From Acidobacteriota bacterium (GTDB lineage: Bacteria; Acidobacteriota; UBA890; WLXD01), in NCBI GenBank assembly GCA_965248695.1, contig CBDFKD010000002.1, positions 2,752,001 to 2,816,000 of the forward strand: 64,000 nucleotides of DNA, written 5' to 3'. The position numbers were made by a program, and so were the translations under genes. Positions 9,806 through 20,433 of the stretch are shown here, one piece after another. The notes below the pieces were generated by a model. It saw only the letters and a list, made by a program, of their open reading frames with translations. It did no database searches and was not told the origin of the DNA. Each line of letters starts with the position of its first letter. The first letter of the stretch is position 1.

Positions 9806-10622
9806 CTAGGGAAACCCCAGAAGCTGCCGCTGGGCGGTCCACTGTCGCGGCAGGCGGGTGTCGCGCATGAGCTTGTTGGCGGTGAGCTCCGGTGGTTGGT
9901 GCCCCTGAAAGATGGCTGCAACGATGTCGGGCGCCAGGAAGCTCAGCCGCAGCAGCCGGGTGGCGTAGGAGGGCACGATGCCCTCCGCCTCGGCGATCCT
10001 GTGGATACCGAGGTCGGGGTTGCGGTGCAGTCGATCACGGATCCGGAAGGAACGCACCAGCAGCCGCATCACGCTCGGGTCTGGTTTGGCCTCCTTGCCG
10101 GCGCCGGGGACGATCAGCCGCACGGCCATGCCGGTGCGCTTGAGCACGGCGGGAACCTCCAGGACGATGGAGTCGAGGGTAGAGGTTAATCGGGGCACCG
10201 GCCAGGCATCGGGCCCCGAGCACACCGCCTCGGTGACCCGGTCCGCGGCGATCTGGATCTGGATGCAGCCGGGCTGGATGATGACCCGGCGCAGGAGGCT
10301 GTTCAGATACGCCCTGGCTTGCTCCAGCTGCAGGCTCGGCCACCGTTCGGCGGAGCCGCTGGGCGCCGGCAACCAACGCCGCCTGTACTTCGGCATCCGG
10401 ATATTCTTCATCCATCACTGCGCTTACGGCGGCCGGGTCGGTGAGCCATTGCCGTAGGCGGGTGGTGACGACAGCCTCCAGATCCGCCGCCGGGATGCGC
10501 CACCCCGTACGGTCGGGTCTCTTTCCCCCAGTGATCAGTTGGCGGGAGACGTAATAGCGGTAGCATCGTTTGTTCTTGAGCGCATGGGAGGGCGTGAGGC
10601 GTTCGCCGCACTCATCCACCAA
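9806..10622 (-). pseudogene. Large serine recombinase, C-terminal half, frameshifted
   Basis: GERLTPSHA..KRCYRYYVS; SYATRLLRLSFLAPDIVAAIFQGHQP...W..QR..LG; catalytic N-terminus absent. Confidence 0.8.
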
Positions 10623-11397
10623 GCCTTACGGTTCGATCAAGGACGATGGAGAATCGCAGCGATAACCCGGCGCACTTACAAGGACCTATTAGTTGAAGTA
10701 ATTTACATCCGCTTCACGGTCGAAAACAACCCCGGCGCCGTCGGCGCCGCGGTTTCCCGGGAAGCCCGCGCCGTTCGTTTCATCAGATCCGCGGATCAAG
10801 TATCTTTGGACTTAGCGTCCTAGAGCAGTGGTGCGGAGCTGGATGCTTCGGAGCAGTTGGCCAGCTTCGCACACAGCCGAGCCCGGAGGTTGAAGAGCGT
10901 GAAGCTAAGACATCTGCGCAGACACCAGACACCCTCGCCGTCGAGAACGACAGTCGGTTTGCTTCTCTTCCTGTCGCTGCTGTTGCTAGTTCAGCTGCTC
11001 GGTTCAGGACGCCCGCTTTCTGAGCCGCAATCGCTAGTTGCCGTCGCTGCAATGGTATTTCTAGGATCGCTGGCACTATGGACCTGGCGCTCGATGCAAC
11101 GTGATGGTGGGCGGTAGCCGCCCTTCTTATCGCAGCACGGAAGCTAGACATCCACACGTCCGGATAACATGGCATGTGGCACGTCGCATTGGAACTCCAC
11201 CAGCGGGTACTATGCGTGGTGCGACCGCCCGCCGAGCCATCGCGCGCGCCAGGACGCTGTGGGGTTCGGCGTTCCGTATCAAGACGTCTCGTATCGGGGC
11301 TGGTGGACCCGGGACAGCGTCTTCGGCATCTACCGCGTCGGCGAGTGGAGCCCGGAGTTGCTGCGCCCGGGGCAAGCCAACGGTTACGTCAGCTTCT

Positions 11398-11459
11398 CAA
11401 TGCTGCTGCCACAGCGGGATATAGATGAACGGCGACGCTCAATCGCCAGCTTGAGCAGC
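11398..11459 (+). repeat. 62-bp exact duplicate of 8704-8765
   Basis: caatgctgctgccacag...cttgagcagc at both sites. Confidence 0.9.
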
Positions 11460-11605
11460 ACGAGCGGTAGCGTGGCGAGGACGTCACCCGCGAGCGAATA
11501 TGCTGCCAGCGAAGCCCCCATGGCGAACAGGGCGCACGGCACCGCGGCGGCTCCCAGCATCTCGATGACCGTCGCCAGCGGACCTGGCAGATGAACGCCG
11601 AGAAG
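11448..11605 (+). repeat. 158-bp exact duplicate of 15086-15243 (internal to AEC transporter)
   Basis: Direct comparison; the copy abuts the IS3 end. Confidence 0.9.
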
Positions 11606-11610
11606 TGGAG

Positions 11611-12606
11611 TTACCCCGTTTCGGTGGACAGTTGAACGCTTGGATTTGAGGTCGTAGTCGTAGTGCTGTGGGAACTCGTGGGAGCCGCAGAGCGGCTTCC
11701 AAGTGGCGGTGCGGATCGCGGCGCGATCTGCATGGGTACGGCAGTTTCCACAGCCGGTGACGGGGTCTCGGAGTAGCTCCTCTCGTAGGCGATTGGGGAT
11801 TGGTTTCCGAGCGCCGAGTGGCGCCGTCGTGGGTTGTAGAACCCCTCGATGAACTCGAACACGGCCATGCGGGCTTCGACCTGGCTCTTGAAGCTCTGCC
11901 GCCATAGCAGCTCCGTCTCTAGCGTCGCGAAGAAGCTCTCGGCCATGGCGTTGTCGTAGCAGTCGCGAGCTGATCCGGTCGAGGGACGTACACCGAGCTG
12001 CTTGCAGCGGTGGCCGAAGGCGATCGAGGTGTATTGCGTGCCCTGATCAGAGTGGTGGATCACGCTCTCAGGTCGGCGTTGCCAGATCGCCATGTTGAGC
12101 GCCTCAAGCACCAGTTCGGTACGCAGGTGGTTGGCCATCGACCAGCCCACCACCCGCCGGCTGAAGGCATCCATCACCACCGCCAGGTACAAGAACCCCG
12201 ACCACGTAGAGACGTACGTGATGTCGGCAACCCACAGGCGATCGGGTGCACCGACCGCGAAGTCACGTTTCACCAGATCGGGCACCGGCTGCGCGTCAGT
12301 ACCGCGGCGCGTCGTGCGCAGCCGACGGCGGCGGCTGACACCCTCCAGCCCCGCCTGGCTCATCAGCCGTGCCACGCGTTTGCGCCCCACCCGAACGCCG
12401 TCGGCGGCCAGTTCCGCGTGTACCCGAGGCACGCCATAGGTCGCACGGCTAAGTCGATGGATCGTCTCGATCTGCTCACGCAGCTGTGCATCCTGTCGTG
12501 CTCGCATACTGCTAGGGCGTTGTCGCCACGCGTAGTAGCCGCTGGTGGAGACCTCCAGCACTCGGCACATCGTGGCGATCGGATAGCAGGCCTGGTGAGC
12601 TCTCAC
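11611..12606 (-). CDS. IS3 transposase OrfB (DDE)
   Basis: WVADITY, HHSDQGTQY, DNAMAESFF. Confidence 0.93.
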   Translation of the reverse strand: MRAHQACYPIATMCRVLEVSTSGYYAWRQRPSSMRARQDAQLREQIETIHRLSRATYGVPRVHAELAADGVRVGRKRVARLMSQAGLEGVSRRRRLRTTRRGTDAQPVPDLVKRDFAVGAPDRLWVADITYVSTWSGFLYLAVVMDAFSRRVVGWSMANHLRTELVLEALNMAIWQRRPESVIHHSDQGTQYTSIAFGHRCKQLGVRPSTGSARDCYDNAMAESFFATLETELLWRQSFKSQVEARMAVFEFIEGFYNPRRRHSALGNQSPIAYERSYSETPSPAVETAVPMQIAPRSAPPLGSRSAAPTSSHSTTTTTSNPSVQLSTETG

Positions 12607-12917
12607 GAACCCGAAGACTTCTTGGGTACTGCGCCGGTCTCCCGAGCGAACCAGGCCGCGGCTTTTGCCAGGATCTCCCGCTCCGTCTTCAACTGGCGGT
12701 TTTCCCGGCGTAGCCGCCGTAGTTCTTCCTTGTCCTGGCTACTCAGGCCAGCCGCGCTAAGCCCGTCATCTCGATCCGCCTGCTTGATCCATGTACGGAT
12801 CGTCCAGTACGAGGGCTCGAACTCCTCGGCGAGCTCCTGCACGCTGCGTCCTGCCCGCGCTAGCTCGACGATCTGCCGACGAAACTCCGGCGGATAAGGC
12901 GGTCGTGTTCTTCGCAT
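12603..12917 (-). CDS. IS3 transposase OrfA
   Basis: YPPEFRRQIVEL...EELRRLRRENRQLKTEREIL. Confidence 0.92.
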   Translation of the reverse strand: MRRTRPPYPPEFRRQIVELARAGRSVQELAEEFEPSYWTIRTWIKQADRDDGLSAAGLSSQDKEELRRLRRENRQLKTEREILAKAAAWFARETGAVPKKSSGS

Positions 12918-12971
12918 CGCAGACTCCTTTGGCGTTAGCCATAAGGTGTCCACGGAAGCGGGTCAACTCCA

Positions 12972-14036
12972 GATCAGATCGAGGGCGCGGACTGGGACTA
13001 CGGCACCGAGCTCGGCTACCTGCGCGAGCTAGTGGACTACTGGCTCGCCGAGTATGACTGGCGAGAACAAGAACGACGCCTCAACGCGTTCGACCAGTTC
13101 ACCACCGACATCGACGGGGTGCGCGTTCACTTCATCCATCAGCGATCGGAAGAGCCCGGGGCGCTGCCGCTGGTGATCAACCATGGATGGCCGGGGTCGG
13201 TGTTCGAGTTCGTCAAGATCATCGGACCATTGACCGACCCGGTGGCCCACGGCGGCCGCGCCGAGGACGCGTTCCACGTCATTTGCCCCGCCATTCCGGG
13301 CTACGGCTTCTCCGGCAAACCGAATGAGCGCGGATTCAACGTCGGCCGCGTCGGCGAGATGGTCGCTCACCTGATGGCGCGCCTCGGCTACGCGCGCTAC
13401 GGAGCTCAGGGCGGCGACTGGGGAGCATCGGTCACCGCGTGGCTGGGCCGCAGCGCCCCTGAACATGTCGTCGGCGCGCACCTCAACTTCGTCTGGCTTC
13501 CGCCCCCGGCTGGCGTCGACGACCCTACCGCCGGCCTGTCCGCTCGGGAGCTCGAGTGGCTGGAGCAGAACCAGTCCTGGATCGAGGAAGAATGGGCCTA
13601 CGGCCAAATCCAAGGCAGCAAGCCACAGACGCTTGGCTACGGCCTCAACGACTCGCCCGTGGGACTGGCCGCCTGGCTGGTGGAGAAGTTCCGCTCCTGG
13701 AGCGACAGTAACGGCGACGTCGAGAGCCGATTCAGCAAGGACGAGTTGATCACCAGCGTGATGCTCTACTGGGTGACGGAGTCGATCACCTCCTCCGCCC
13801 GGCTGTACTACGAGTCACGCCACACCAGCAATCCTGGAGTCGGCGGCCGGGTGACGGTACCTACCGCTTACGCCGTGTTCCCGAAGGAGGTTGTGAGGTC
13901 GCCGCGTAGCTGGGTCGAGGCACGCTACAACCTAACCCGCTGGACCGAGATGCCCCGAGGCGGCCATTTCGCAGCGCTCGAGGAGCCGGAGTTGCTGGTC
14001 GCCGACATCCGCGCCTTCTTCCGCGACCTCCGCTAG
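12972..14036 (+). pseudogene. Epoxide hydrolase, N-terminus removed at IS3 boundary
   Basis: DWDYGT..YL.ELVDYW, HGWPGS, QGGDWG, GGHFAALEEP; frame open from the IS end. Confidence 0.85.
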
Positions 14037-14149
14037 CGTGCGACGGCCCATCTGGACCGGGGTCACGGCGGCGAAGCTGGCGCTCTCGGTAGCAGTCATG
14101 GTGGCGTGAAGACGCCACAACTGGCACGCTACGATCCACGCTCCAAGAG

Positions 14150-14806
14150 GTGGCCATGCAACGCTGGACGCTGTTCTGGACATTCGCCGCCGTGATGACG
14201 GCGATCACCGTGTGGGGACTGGTAGCCGGCGCCGCGGACGAGGACACGGCGCGGTTGCTTGTTCGCTGGACCATCCGAGCAGCCGTGGTGCCCTTCTTGC
14301 TGGCTTTCGTGGCCGCCGCCGTCGGGACGTTGGCGCCCGGTCGCACCGCCGAATGGTTGCTCGACAACCGCAAGCACCTCGGACTCGCCTTCGCCTACGG
14401 CATCGCGCTGAACATGGCGGCGATCGTGTGGCTGGGAGGCTTCAACCGCGGCGTCTACTGGAGCGGATTGTCGATCCTGGATCGAGTTGAATCCTACGGC
14501 GGCCTGGCAGTCGTGGTCGCGCTGTCGCTCACCTCCTTCGACCGGCTCAGCCGGCAGATCAGCCCCGGCACCTGGCGGCTGCTGCATACGCTCGGCATGT
14601 ATGGGCTGTGGTGGGTGTTCTTCAGAACGAACTGGCTGTACTCGCTGTCGGCGGTGCGGCGCGGTCTGATAGCGGAGCGTTGGCTCTATCTGTTGATCAC
14701 TTCGTTGCTGATCGCCACACTATTGCTGCGCCTGTGGGCAGCTATCGTCCGACGCCGCAGCGGAGCGCCAGATGTGCTTCCCCGAGAACCAGCCTTGAGC
14801 CACTAG
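14150..14806 (+). CDS. Ferric-reductase-like (MsrQ-like) transmembrane protein
   Basis: NRKHLGLAFA, LSLTSFD, WRLLHTLG. Confidence 0.7.
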   Translation: MAMQRWTLFWTFAAVMTAITVWGLVAGAADEDTARLLVRWTIRAAVVPFLLAFVAAAVGTLAPGRTAEWLLDNRKHLGLAFAYGIALNMAAIVWLGGFNRGVYWSGLSILDRVESYGGLAVVVALSLTSFDRLSRQISPGTWRLLHTLGMYGLWWVFFRTNWLYSLSAVRRGLIAERWLYLLITSLLIATLLLRLWAAIVRRRSGAPDVLPREPALSH

Positions 14807-14856
14807 TGGCCTGCAACAGATACAGAGCCGCTAGGTTCGCTCGGCAACGGCGAGGC

Positions 14857-15792
14857 TCAGCCTCGGAACAGATACAGAGCCGCTGAAATCGTCACCACCG
14901 AGATCGCCGTGCTCAGGAAGATCGTACGGGCGGCGATGCCCGAAGCAGCCTCGTACGTCGACGCCACCAGGTAGACGTTGATGCCGGTAGGCATGGTGGC
15001 CATGAGAACCGCTACCGACACCCAAAGCCCCTCCAGCCCGAGTACCGGCACTGCCAACACCCACACCAGGAGCGGGTGCACGATGAGCTTGAGCAGCACG
15101 AGCGGTAGCGTGGCGAGGACGTCACCCGCGAGCGAATATGCTGCCAGCGAAGCCCCCATGGCGAACAGGGCGCACGGCACCGCGGCGGCTCCCAGCATCT
15201 CGATGACCGTCGCCAGCGGACCTGGCAGATGAACGCCGAGAAGGTTGGCGATCAAGCCGGCCACCAGAGCCAGGAAAATAGGGTTGCGAAACAGGTCGGT
15301 GAGAACGATGCGTAGCTGTGCGACCACCGATACCTCGCCGCCACGACCGATCTGGATCAGGATCATTGTCAGCACCATCAACGTGGCCGAGTGAAACAGC
15401 ACCAGGAGAAAGATGGCCAGGGCTGCTTCCGCACCAAGCACGGTCAGAAGCAACGGGATCCCCAGTAGAACCGTGTTGGAAAACCCGGCTGCCATACCGC
15501 AGATCGCCTGGTCGTCGAGCGCGCAGCGGAACGAGAAACGCCCGACGCCCACACCCAGCGCGAAGACGCCGAGCGCACCGCCGTAGTACGACAGCAGGAA
15601 CCCCCACTCGATCGAGGCCGGGAGCTCGGCACGAAACAGGTGCCCGAACAGCATCGCCGGTATGGCGAAGTGGAACACGAAGAGGACCAGACCCCGCACC
15701 GCCGCTGGCTCGAGGACGCGACGCTTCGCAGCCGCGAAACCCAACAGCACGATGCCGAAGACCGGCGCGACGATTCCGAGGACGGTAATCAC
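14857..15792 (-). CDS. AEC-family transporter
   Basis: 10-TM pattern; FSNTVLLGIP, ATMPTGIN. Confidence 0.9.
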   Translation of the reverse strand: MITVLGIVAPVFGIVLLGFAAAKRRVLEPAAVRGLVLFVFHFAIPAMLFGHLFRAELPASIEWGFLLSYYGGALGVFALGVGVGRFSFRCALDDQAICGMAAGFSNTVLLGIPLLLTVLGAEAALAIFLLVLFHSATLMVLTMILIQIGRGGEVSVVAQLRIVLTDLFRNPIFLALVAGLIANLLGVHLPGPLATVIEMLGAAAVPCALFAMGASLAAYSLAGDVLATLPLVLLKLIVHPLLVWVLAVPVLGLEGLWVSVAVLMATMPTGINVYLVASTYEAASGIAARTIFLSTAISVVTISAALYLFRG

Positions 15793-15813
15793 GAGCCCGC
15801 CCGCTTTCGGTCG

Positions 15814-15985
15814 CTAGCAGGCCGTGGTGAAAGTGTGGTAACCCTTCGGGCGACTGGGGGTTGCGCGCGCAGGCTGCGTCGTTTGTCGTCAACGATGGGG
15901 TAACCATCGCCTCCTCCTCTCTCCTGGCCTGCGCCTCGCAAGACCCTGTCGCCAGACCCGCCACACTTTCACCACGGCCTGCTAG
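15814..15985. mobile_element. MITE, short (internally deleted) copy
   Basis: TIRs CTAGCAGGCCGTGGTGAAAGTGTGG / CCACACTTTCACCACGGCCTGCTAG; homologous to 21792-22066. Confidence 0.85.
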
Positions 15986-17109
15986 AGGATCTGGCTCAGC
16001 GCCCGGCTGAGCGCCTCGACCGTACGGTCGACATTGTGCAGCTTGTCCAGCCCGAACAGCCCGAGCCTGAACGTACGGAACGACTCCGGCTCGTCGCAGC
16101 GCATCGGGACCCCAGCGGCGATCTGCAGACCATGAGCAGCAAACTTCTTGCCGTTCTGGATGTCAGGGTCATCGGTGTAGCTCACCACTACGCCGGCAGC
16201 CTGGAACCCTTCAGCGGCGACGCTTTTGAAACCCAACCCGGTCAGCAGGGCGCGCACCTTGTCGCCGAGCTCCTGTTGCTCGGCGCGGACCTTGTCGAAC
16301 CCGTACGCTGCAGTCTCCAGCAATCCATCGCGGAAGCGCGTCAGCGAGTCGGTCGGCATGGTGGCGTAGTAGGCGTGCCCGCCCCGCTCATAGGCAAGCA
16401 TGATGTCCAGCCACTTGGACAGGTCAACCGCGAAGCTGGTGCTGGAGGTGGCCTCGATCCGCTCTCGAGCGAGCGCACCGAGCATCACCAGCCCGGCGCA
16501 AGGCGGTCCACTCCAGCCTTTTTGCGGCGCGCTGATCAACACGTCGACGCCAGACGCCTTCATATCGACCCACATCGCGCCCGAGGCAATGCAGTCGAGA
16601 ACGAACATGCCTCCCACCGCGTGCACAGCATCGGCCACTGCGGCGAGATAGTCGTCGGGCAGGATTATTCCTGATGCGGTCTCCACATGCGCCGCGAAGA
16701 CCACGTCCGGCTGTTGCTCGGCAATGGTCGCCACGACTTCTTCAATTGGCGCTGGCGCGAACGCCGGTTGCGGATCACCATCGGTGGGTCGCGCTTTCAA
16801 CACCGTACAGGCGGAGGGAATGCTCCCCATCTCGAAGATCTGTGACCAGCGAAAGCTGAACCAGCCGTTGCGAATCACCAGGCACCGTTTATCGGTGGCG
16901 AACTGCCGTGCCACGGCCTCCATCCCGAACGTCCCTCCGCCCGGAACCACGACCACGGCATCGGCGTTGTAGGCCTTCTTCAGTGTGGTGGAGATGTCGT
17001 TCATCACCCCCTGAAACGCGCCCGACATGTGATTGAGCGAGCGGTCGGTGAACACCACCGAGTATTCCAGGAGGCCGTCAGGATCAACGTCGGGGAGCAA
17101 GCCTGGCAT
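15982..17109 (-). CDS. Class V aminotransferase (serine-pyruvate/alanine-glyoxylate family)
   Basis: HVETASG, LDCIASG, SAPQKG PLP-lysine motif. Confidence 0.92.
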   Translation of the reverse strand: MPGLLPDVDPDGLLEYSVVFTDRSLNHMSGAFQGVMNDISTTLKKAYNADAVVVVPGGGTFGMEAVARQFATDKRCLVIRNGWFSFRWSQIFEMGSIPSACTVLKARPTDGDPQPAFAPAPIEEVVATIAEQQPDVVFAAHVETASGIILPDDYLAAVADAVHAVGGMFVLDCIASGAMWVDMKASGVDVLISAPQKGWSGPPCAGLVMLGALARERIEATSSTSFAVDLSKWLDIMLAYERGGHAYYATMPTDSLTRFRDGLLETAAYGFDKVRAEQQELGDKVRALLTGLGFKSVAAEGFQAAGVVVSYTDDPDIQNGKKFAAHGLQIAAGVPMRCDEPESFRTFRLGLFGLDKLHNVDRTVEALSRALSQIL

Positions 17110-17251
17110 GTTCGCGTCCGGGTGGAAGAAGAGATGTGCAGAGGGGCATGGTGAGATTGTGGTACGTCTGGCTTAGGGCGACTACTTGTACGCTTCGGTT
17201 GACGACCCTGCCTGAGCTGTCGAGAATCAGCAAGCCTTCAACGCGGAGATA

Positions 17252-19207
17252 GTGACCATGAAGCGACTCTTCTTGCCTGGCGCCCTGGTAGCGCTTCTAG
17301 TGGCGTTGGCCGCGTGGGCCGCACCGTTGCCGCCAGCAGCAGGCGAGCCGGGGCAGCAGGGCTGGAGCCCGGCGGGCCCCGCCACACCCGCCAGCATGGT
17401 GCTGGACTACGAGATGCGGTGCGCCACCTGTCACGACAACCGCAGCGCCGACAACCGCGCACCCAGTCGCGCCACGTTGCGACAGCTACCGCCTGAGCGC
17501 GTGCTCGCCGCCGTAACAACCGGCCCGATGGTCGAATTCGTCCAGGGTCTCCGGGAAGAGCAACTCGGGGCGCTGGCCGAGCTGGTCACCGGCAAGCCGT
17601 TCGGAGGGATCGCCGACCGCACGGCCGCGGCAATGAGCAACCCCTGCGCCGACCCTCTGAGGTTGGACCGCCCCTTCGAGCAGCCGGGATGGAACGGTTG
17701 GACCCCCGACCCGACCCGTTCCCATCGCTTCCAGCCCAACGACGCGGCCGGCTTGACGGGATCGCAGATCTCGCAGTTGAAGTTGAAATGGGCCTTCGCA
17801 ATACCGGGCGCCGCTTCCGCGGCGTGGGCGCAACCGACGATCGTCGGCGGAACGCTGTTCATCGGTAGCGACAACCAGTTCGTCTACGCGCTCGATGCCA
17901 AGAGCGGGTGCGTGCACTGGTCGTACCAGGCACCCGGGCAGGTGCGCACGGCCGTGAGCATCGGTGCCGTGACCAACGTCCCCGGTGTTCGCTACGCCGC
18001 TGCGTTCGGCGACTACATGGGCTACGTGACCGCGGTCAACGCCGAGACCGGCGAGGAGCTCTGGTCGGTGCGGCCGGATGACCATCCGGCAGCCAAGATC
18101 ACCGGCCCGCCAGTGCTCGACCCATCGCCCGGTGGGCTTCTGTACGTTGGCGTCTCGTCGTGGGCGCAGATCCCTGCTCGGCAGATCAGCTACGAATGCT
18201 GCACGTTCCAGGGCAGCCTCACCGCGCTCGAGTTGGGCACCGGCGAGCGCGTCTGGAAGACCTACACCATGTCGGAACGCCCGCGCCCGTTGCGCCAGAA
18301 CTCTGCCGGCACGCAGCTCTACGGCCCCTCGGGGGCCGCAGTGTGGAACGCCCCGACGCTGGATCTGGAGCACCGCAAGCTCTACTCGACAACCGGCACC
18401 TGCTACATCTCCGAGTTCTTCGACGATCCCATCGGCTTTGATGACGGCACCTGCGTCTCGGTCATGGCCTTCAACATGGACACCGGCGCGCGCCTGTGGT
18501 GGACCCAACTGGTGCCCAACGACCGCCACGATGGTGGCTGCGGAACCACCGTCGATGAGCGACGCTTGAACTGTCCCGGCTTCGTCAACACCCCCGACGA
18601 CGATCCGTCGGGATCGCCGGTGCTGCATCGGCTCGCCAACGGCCGGCGGATCATCATCCAGGGTCAGGAGAGCGGCCGCGTCACGGCTATCGATCCTGAC
18701 AACCGCGGCGCCGTTCTATGGGTCGCGCAGGCCGGCGACGAGCTGGCGCCCAGCGACGCCGGCTTCGGCGGCGCGTTCGACGGCGACTACTACTTCAAGC
18801 CGGTGCCACAATCCGACGGCACCGGCAGCATCGCCGCACTTCGCGTCGAGGACGGCTCACGCGTCTGGAACACCAAGCTGTCCAAGCCGACCGACTGCGC
18901 CGATCCGACGGAGACGATGACCTGCCACTCAGGCAACTGGGCCGCGGCGACCGCCATCACCGGCGCCGTCCTGACCGGTTCGCGCAACGGCGTTCTGCGC
19001 TCCTACTCAACCGAGGACGGCGGCATCTTGTGGGAGTTCAACACGGCGCGCGACTTCGACACCGTGAACGGCGTGCCGGGCTTCGGTGGCGGCTTCGGCG
19101 GCGCCGGGCCCTCGATCGTCGACGGCATGCTGTATGTCGGCTCCGGCTACGCAATCCTCGGCAACGCACCCGGCAACGTGCTGCTGGCGTTCGGTCTCGA
19201 CCAATGA
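17252..19207 (+). CDS. Quinohemoprotein PQQ-dependent dehydrogenase (PVA dehydrogenase-like)
   Basis: Signal peptide, CATCH haem motif, LKLKWAF, YECCTFQGS, PGNVLLAF. Confidence 0.88.
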   Translation: MTMKRLFLPGALVALLVALAAWAAPLPPAAGEPGQQGWSPAGPATPASMVLDYEMRCATCHDNRSADNRAPSRATLRQLPPERVLAAVTTGPMVEFVQGLREEQLGALAELVTGKPFGGIADRTAAAMSNPCADPLRLDRPFEQPGWNGWTPDPTRSHRFQPNDAAGLTGSQISQLKLKWAFAIPGAASAAWAQPTIVGGTLFIGSDNQFVYALDAKSGCVHWSYQAPGQVRTAVSIGAVTNVPGVRYAAAFGDYMGYVTAVNAETGEELWSVRPDDHPAAKITGPPVLDPSPGGLLYVGVSSWAQIPARQISYECCTFQGSLTALELGTGERVWKTYTMSERPRPLRQNSAGTQLYGPSGAAVWNAPTLDLEHRKLYSTTGTCYISEFFDDPIGFDDGTCVSVMAFNMDTGARLWWTQLVPNDRHDGGCGTTVDERRLNCPGFVNTPDDDPSGSPVLHRLANGRRIIIQGQESGRVTAIDPDNRGAVLWVAQAGDELAPSDAGFGGAFDGDYYFKPVPQSDGTGSIAALRVEDGSRVWNTKLSKPTDCADPTETMTCHSGNWAAATAITGAVLTGSRNGVLRSYSTEDGGILWEFNTARDFDTVNGVPGFGGGFGGAGPSIVDGMLYVGSGYAILGNAPGNVLLAFGLDQ

Positions 19208-19746
19208 CCTCTGACAATCCACTAGCGCCCGTGTCGATCGCCGGCCTTGTTGCCTTCGCCCTCGCGCTCGGCAGCGCCCCCGGCGCGATCGCCGGGCCCG
19301 AGCTACCACCGGTATTCGGCGAGCTCGTCGGCCACTGGCGCGGTGAAGGCACGCTCATGGGGCGGCCGGCCGTCTTCGATATGGAATGGCGTAGCGCCCT
19401 GAACGGGCGTTTTCTCGTTCTCCAGTTCTCGAACGGGTTCGCGGCTGACGAGTCAGCAGCCGCCGTACCTGTGCTGACAGCAACCGCGTACTACCGGCCC
19501 AGGCCCACCGATCCGGGAACGGCGGACGGTACGTGGTTCGACACTCGCGGCGTAATGTTCCCCCTGAGCGTGACCGTAACGCCGACCGCTCTGGTCACGC
19601 TGTGGGGCGAACCATCGACAGAGCGCGGGCGCACGACGTATCGGATCGTCGGGCCGGACCGCGTGGACGTCGTCGACGAGGTCATCCGGGGCGAACGATA
19701 TGAGCTGTTCGGACAGGCCAGCTACACACGCCTGCCACCGAGCTAG
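19204..19746 (+). CDS. Exported hypothetical protein (DUF1579-like)
   Basis: ATGA overlap; LVGHWRGEG...GTWFDTRG. Confidence 0.6.
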   Translation: MTSDNPLAPVSIAGLVAFALALGSAPGAIAGPELPPVFGELVGHWRGEGTLMGRPAVFDMEWRSALNGRFLVLQFSNGFAADESAAAVPVLTATAYYRPRPTDPGTADGTWFDTRGVMFPLSVTVTPTALVTLWGEPSTERGRTTYRIVGPDRVDVVDEVIRGERYELFGQASYTRLPPS

Positions 19747-19766
19747 CTCCCTCGGGTTGTTGGCCG

Positions 19767-20420
19767 TCAGACTTCCTCGTCCCCGTGGCGAATGCGGTCG
19801 TACGGCTGCACCACCGACGAGGCGATATTGCTGAGGTGGGCGCTCACACGACCGAGAATGCGTACCGCGCTCGAGTAGACCACCGCGGGATCGGCCGGCA
19901 AACCGCTGGCCGCCAGGCGAGCCATGAACTCGCGAACGGCGATCTTGGTCTCCACGTGGCGCTCGATCACTTGGCTGGCGCCTTGAGCGTCGTCATCACC
20001 GAAGGCGGCCGCGCAAGTCTCGAAGCTCGGCCGGATGGTCGCCGCGATGCGGCGCAGGTCATCGGCAAACTCGCCTTCGAGCTTTCCTTTCTTGAGTTCC
20101 ACGAAATCGCCGAGACCGCGCGCGAAATCGCCAAGCCGCTCGGCGTCCTGAACGATCGACACGAGCACCAGGCTGGCGACAAGGTCGTGCTGTGGGTCGA
20201 CCGCAAGGTGTTCCAGCACCGCGCGACGCACCTCACGCTCGCCGTCGTCGATGCGGTCGTCGAGCGCGTCGAGGTCAACGTCCGTTGAAGCGTCGTCGAG
20301 AAGCATCGCCATGGCGAGGTCGTACATCTCGGCGGCATGGGTGAGCATCCCCGAGATTGTCTCGAAGGCTTCGTCGATCAGCGTTGATTGGGCTCGCGCT
20401 CCGAACAGGCGCTCGAACAT
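19767..20420 (-). CDS. PhoU-domain protein
   Basis: DAERLGDFA and RVSAHLSNIA; next to the Na/Pi transporter. Confidence 0.85.
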   Translation of the reverse strand: MFERLFGARAQSTLIDEAFETISGMLTHAAEMYDLAMAMLLDDASTDVDLDALDDRIDDGEREVRRAVLEHLAVDPQHDLVASLVLVSIVQDAERLGDFARGLGDFVELKKGKLEGEFADDLRRIAATIRPSFETCAAAFGDDDAQGASQVIERHVETKIAVREFMARLAASGLPADPAVVYSSAVRILGRVSAHLSNIASSVVQPYDRIRHGDEEV

Positions 20421-20433
20421 CTCAGCTCTCCGG

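Larger units (their letters stand above)
11606..12971 (-). mobile_element. IS3-family element (complete, 1366 bp)
   Basis: IRs TGGAGTTACCCCGTTTCGGTGGACA / TGTCCACGGAAGCGGGTCAACTCCA; orfA and orfB; no target duplication. Confidence 0.95.
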
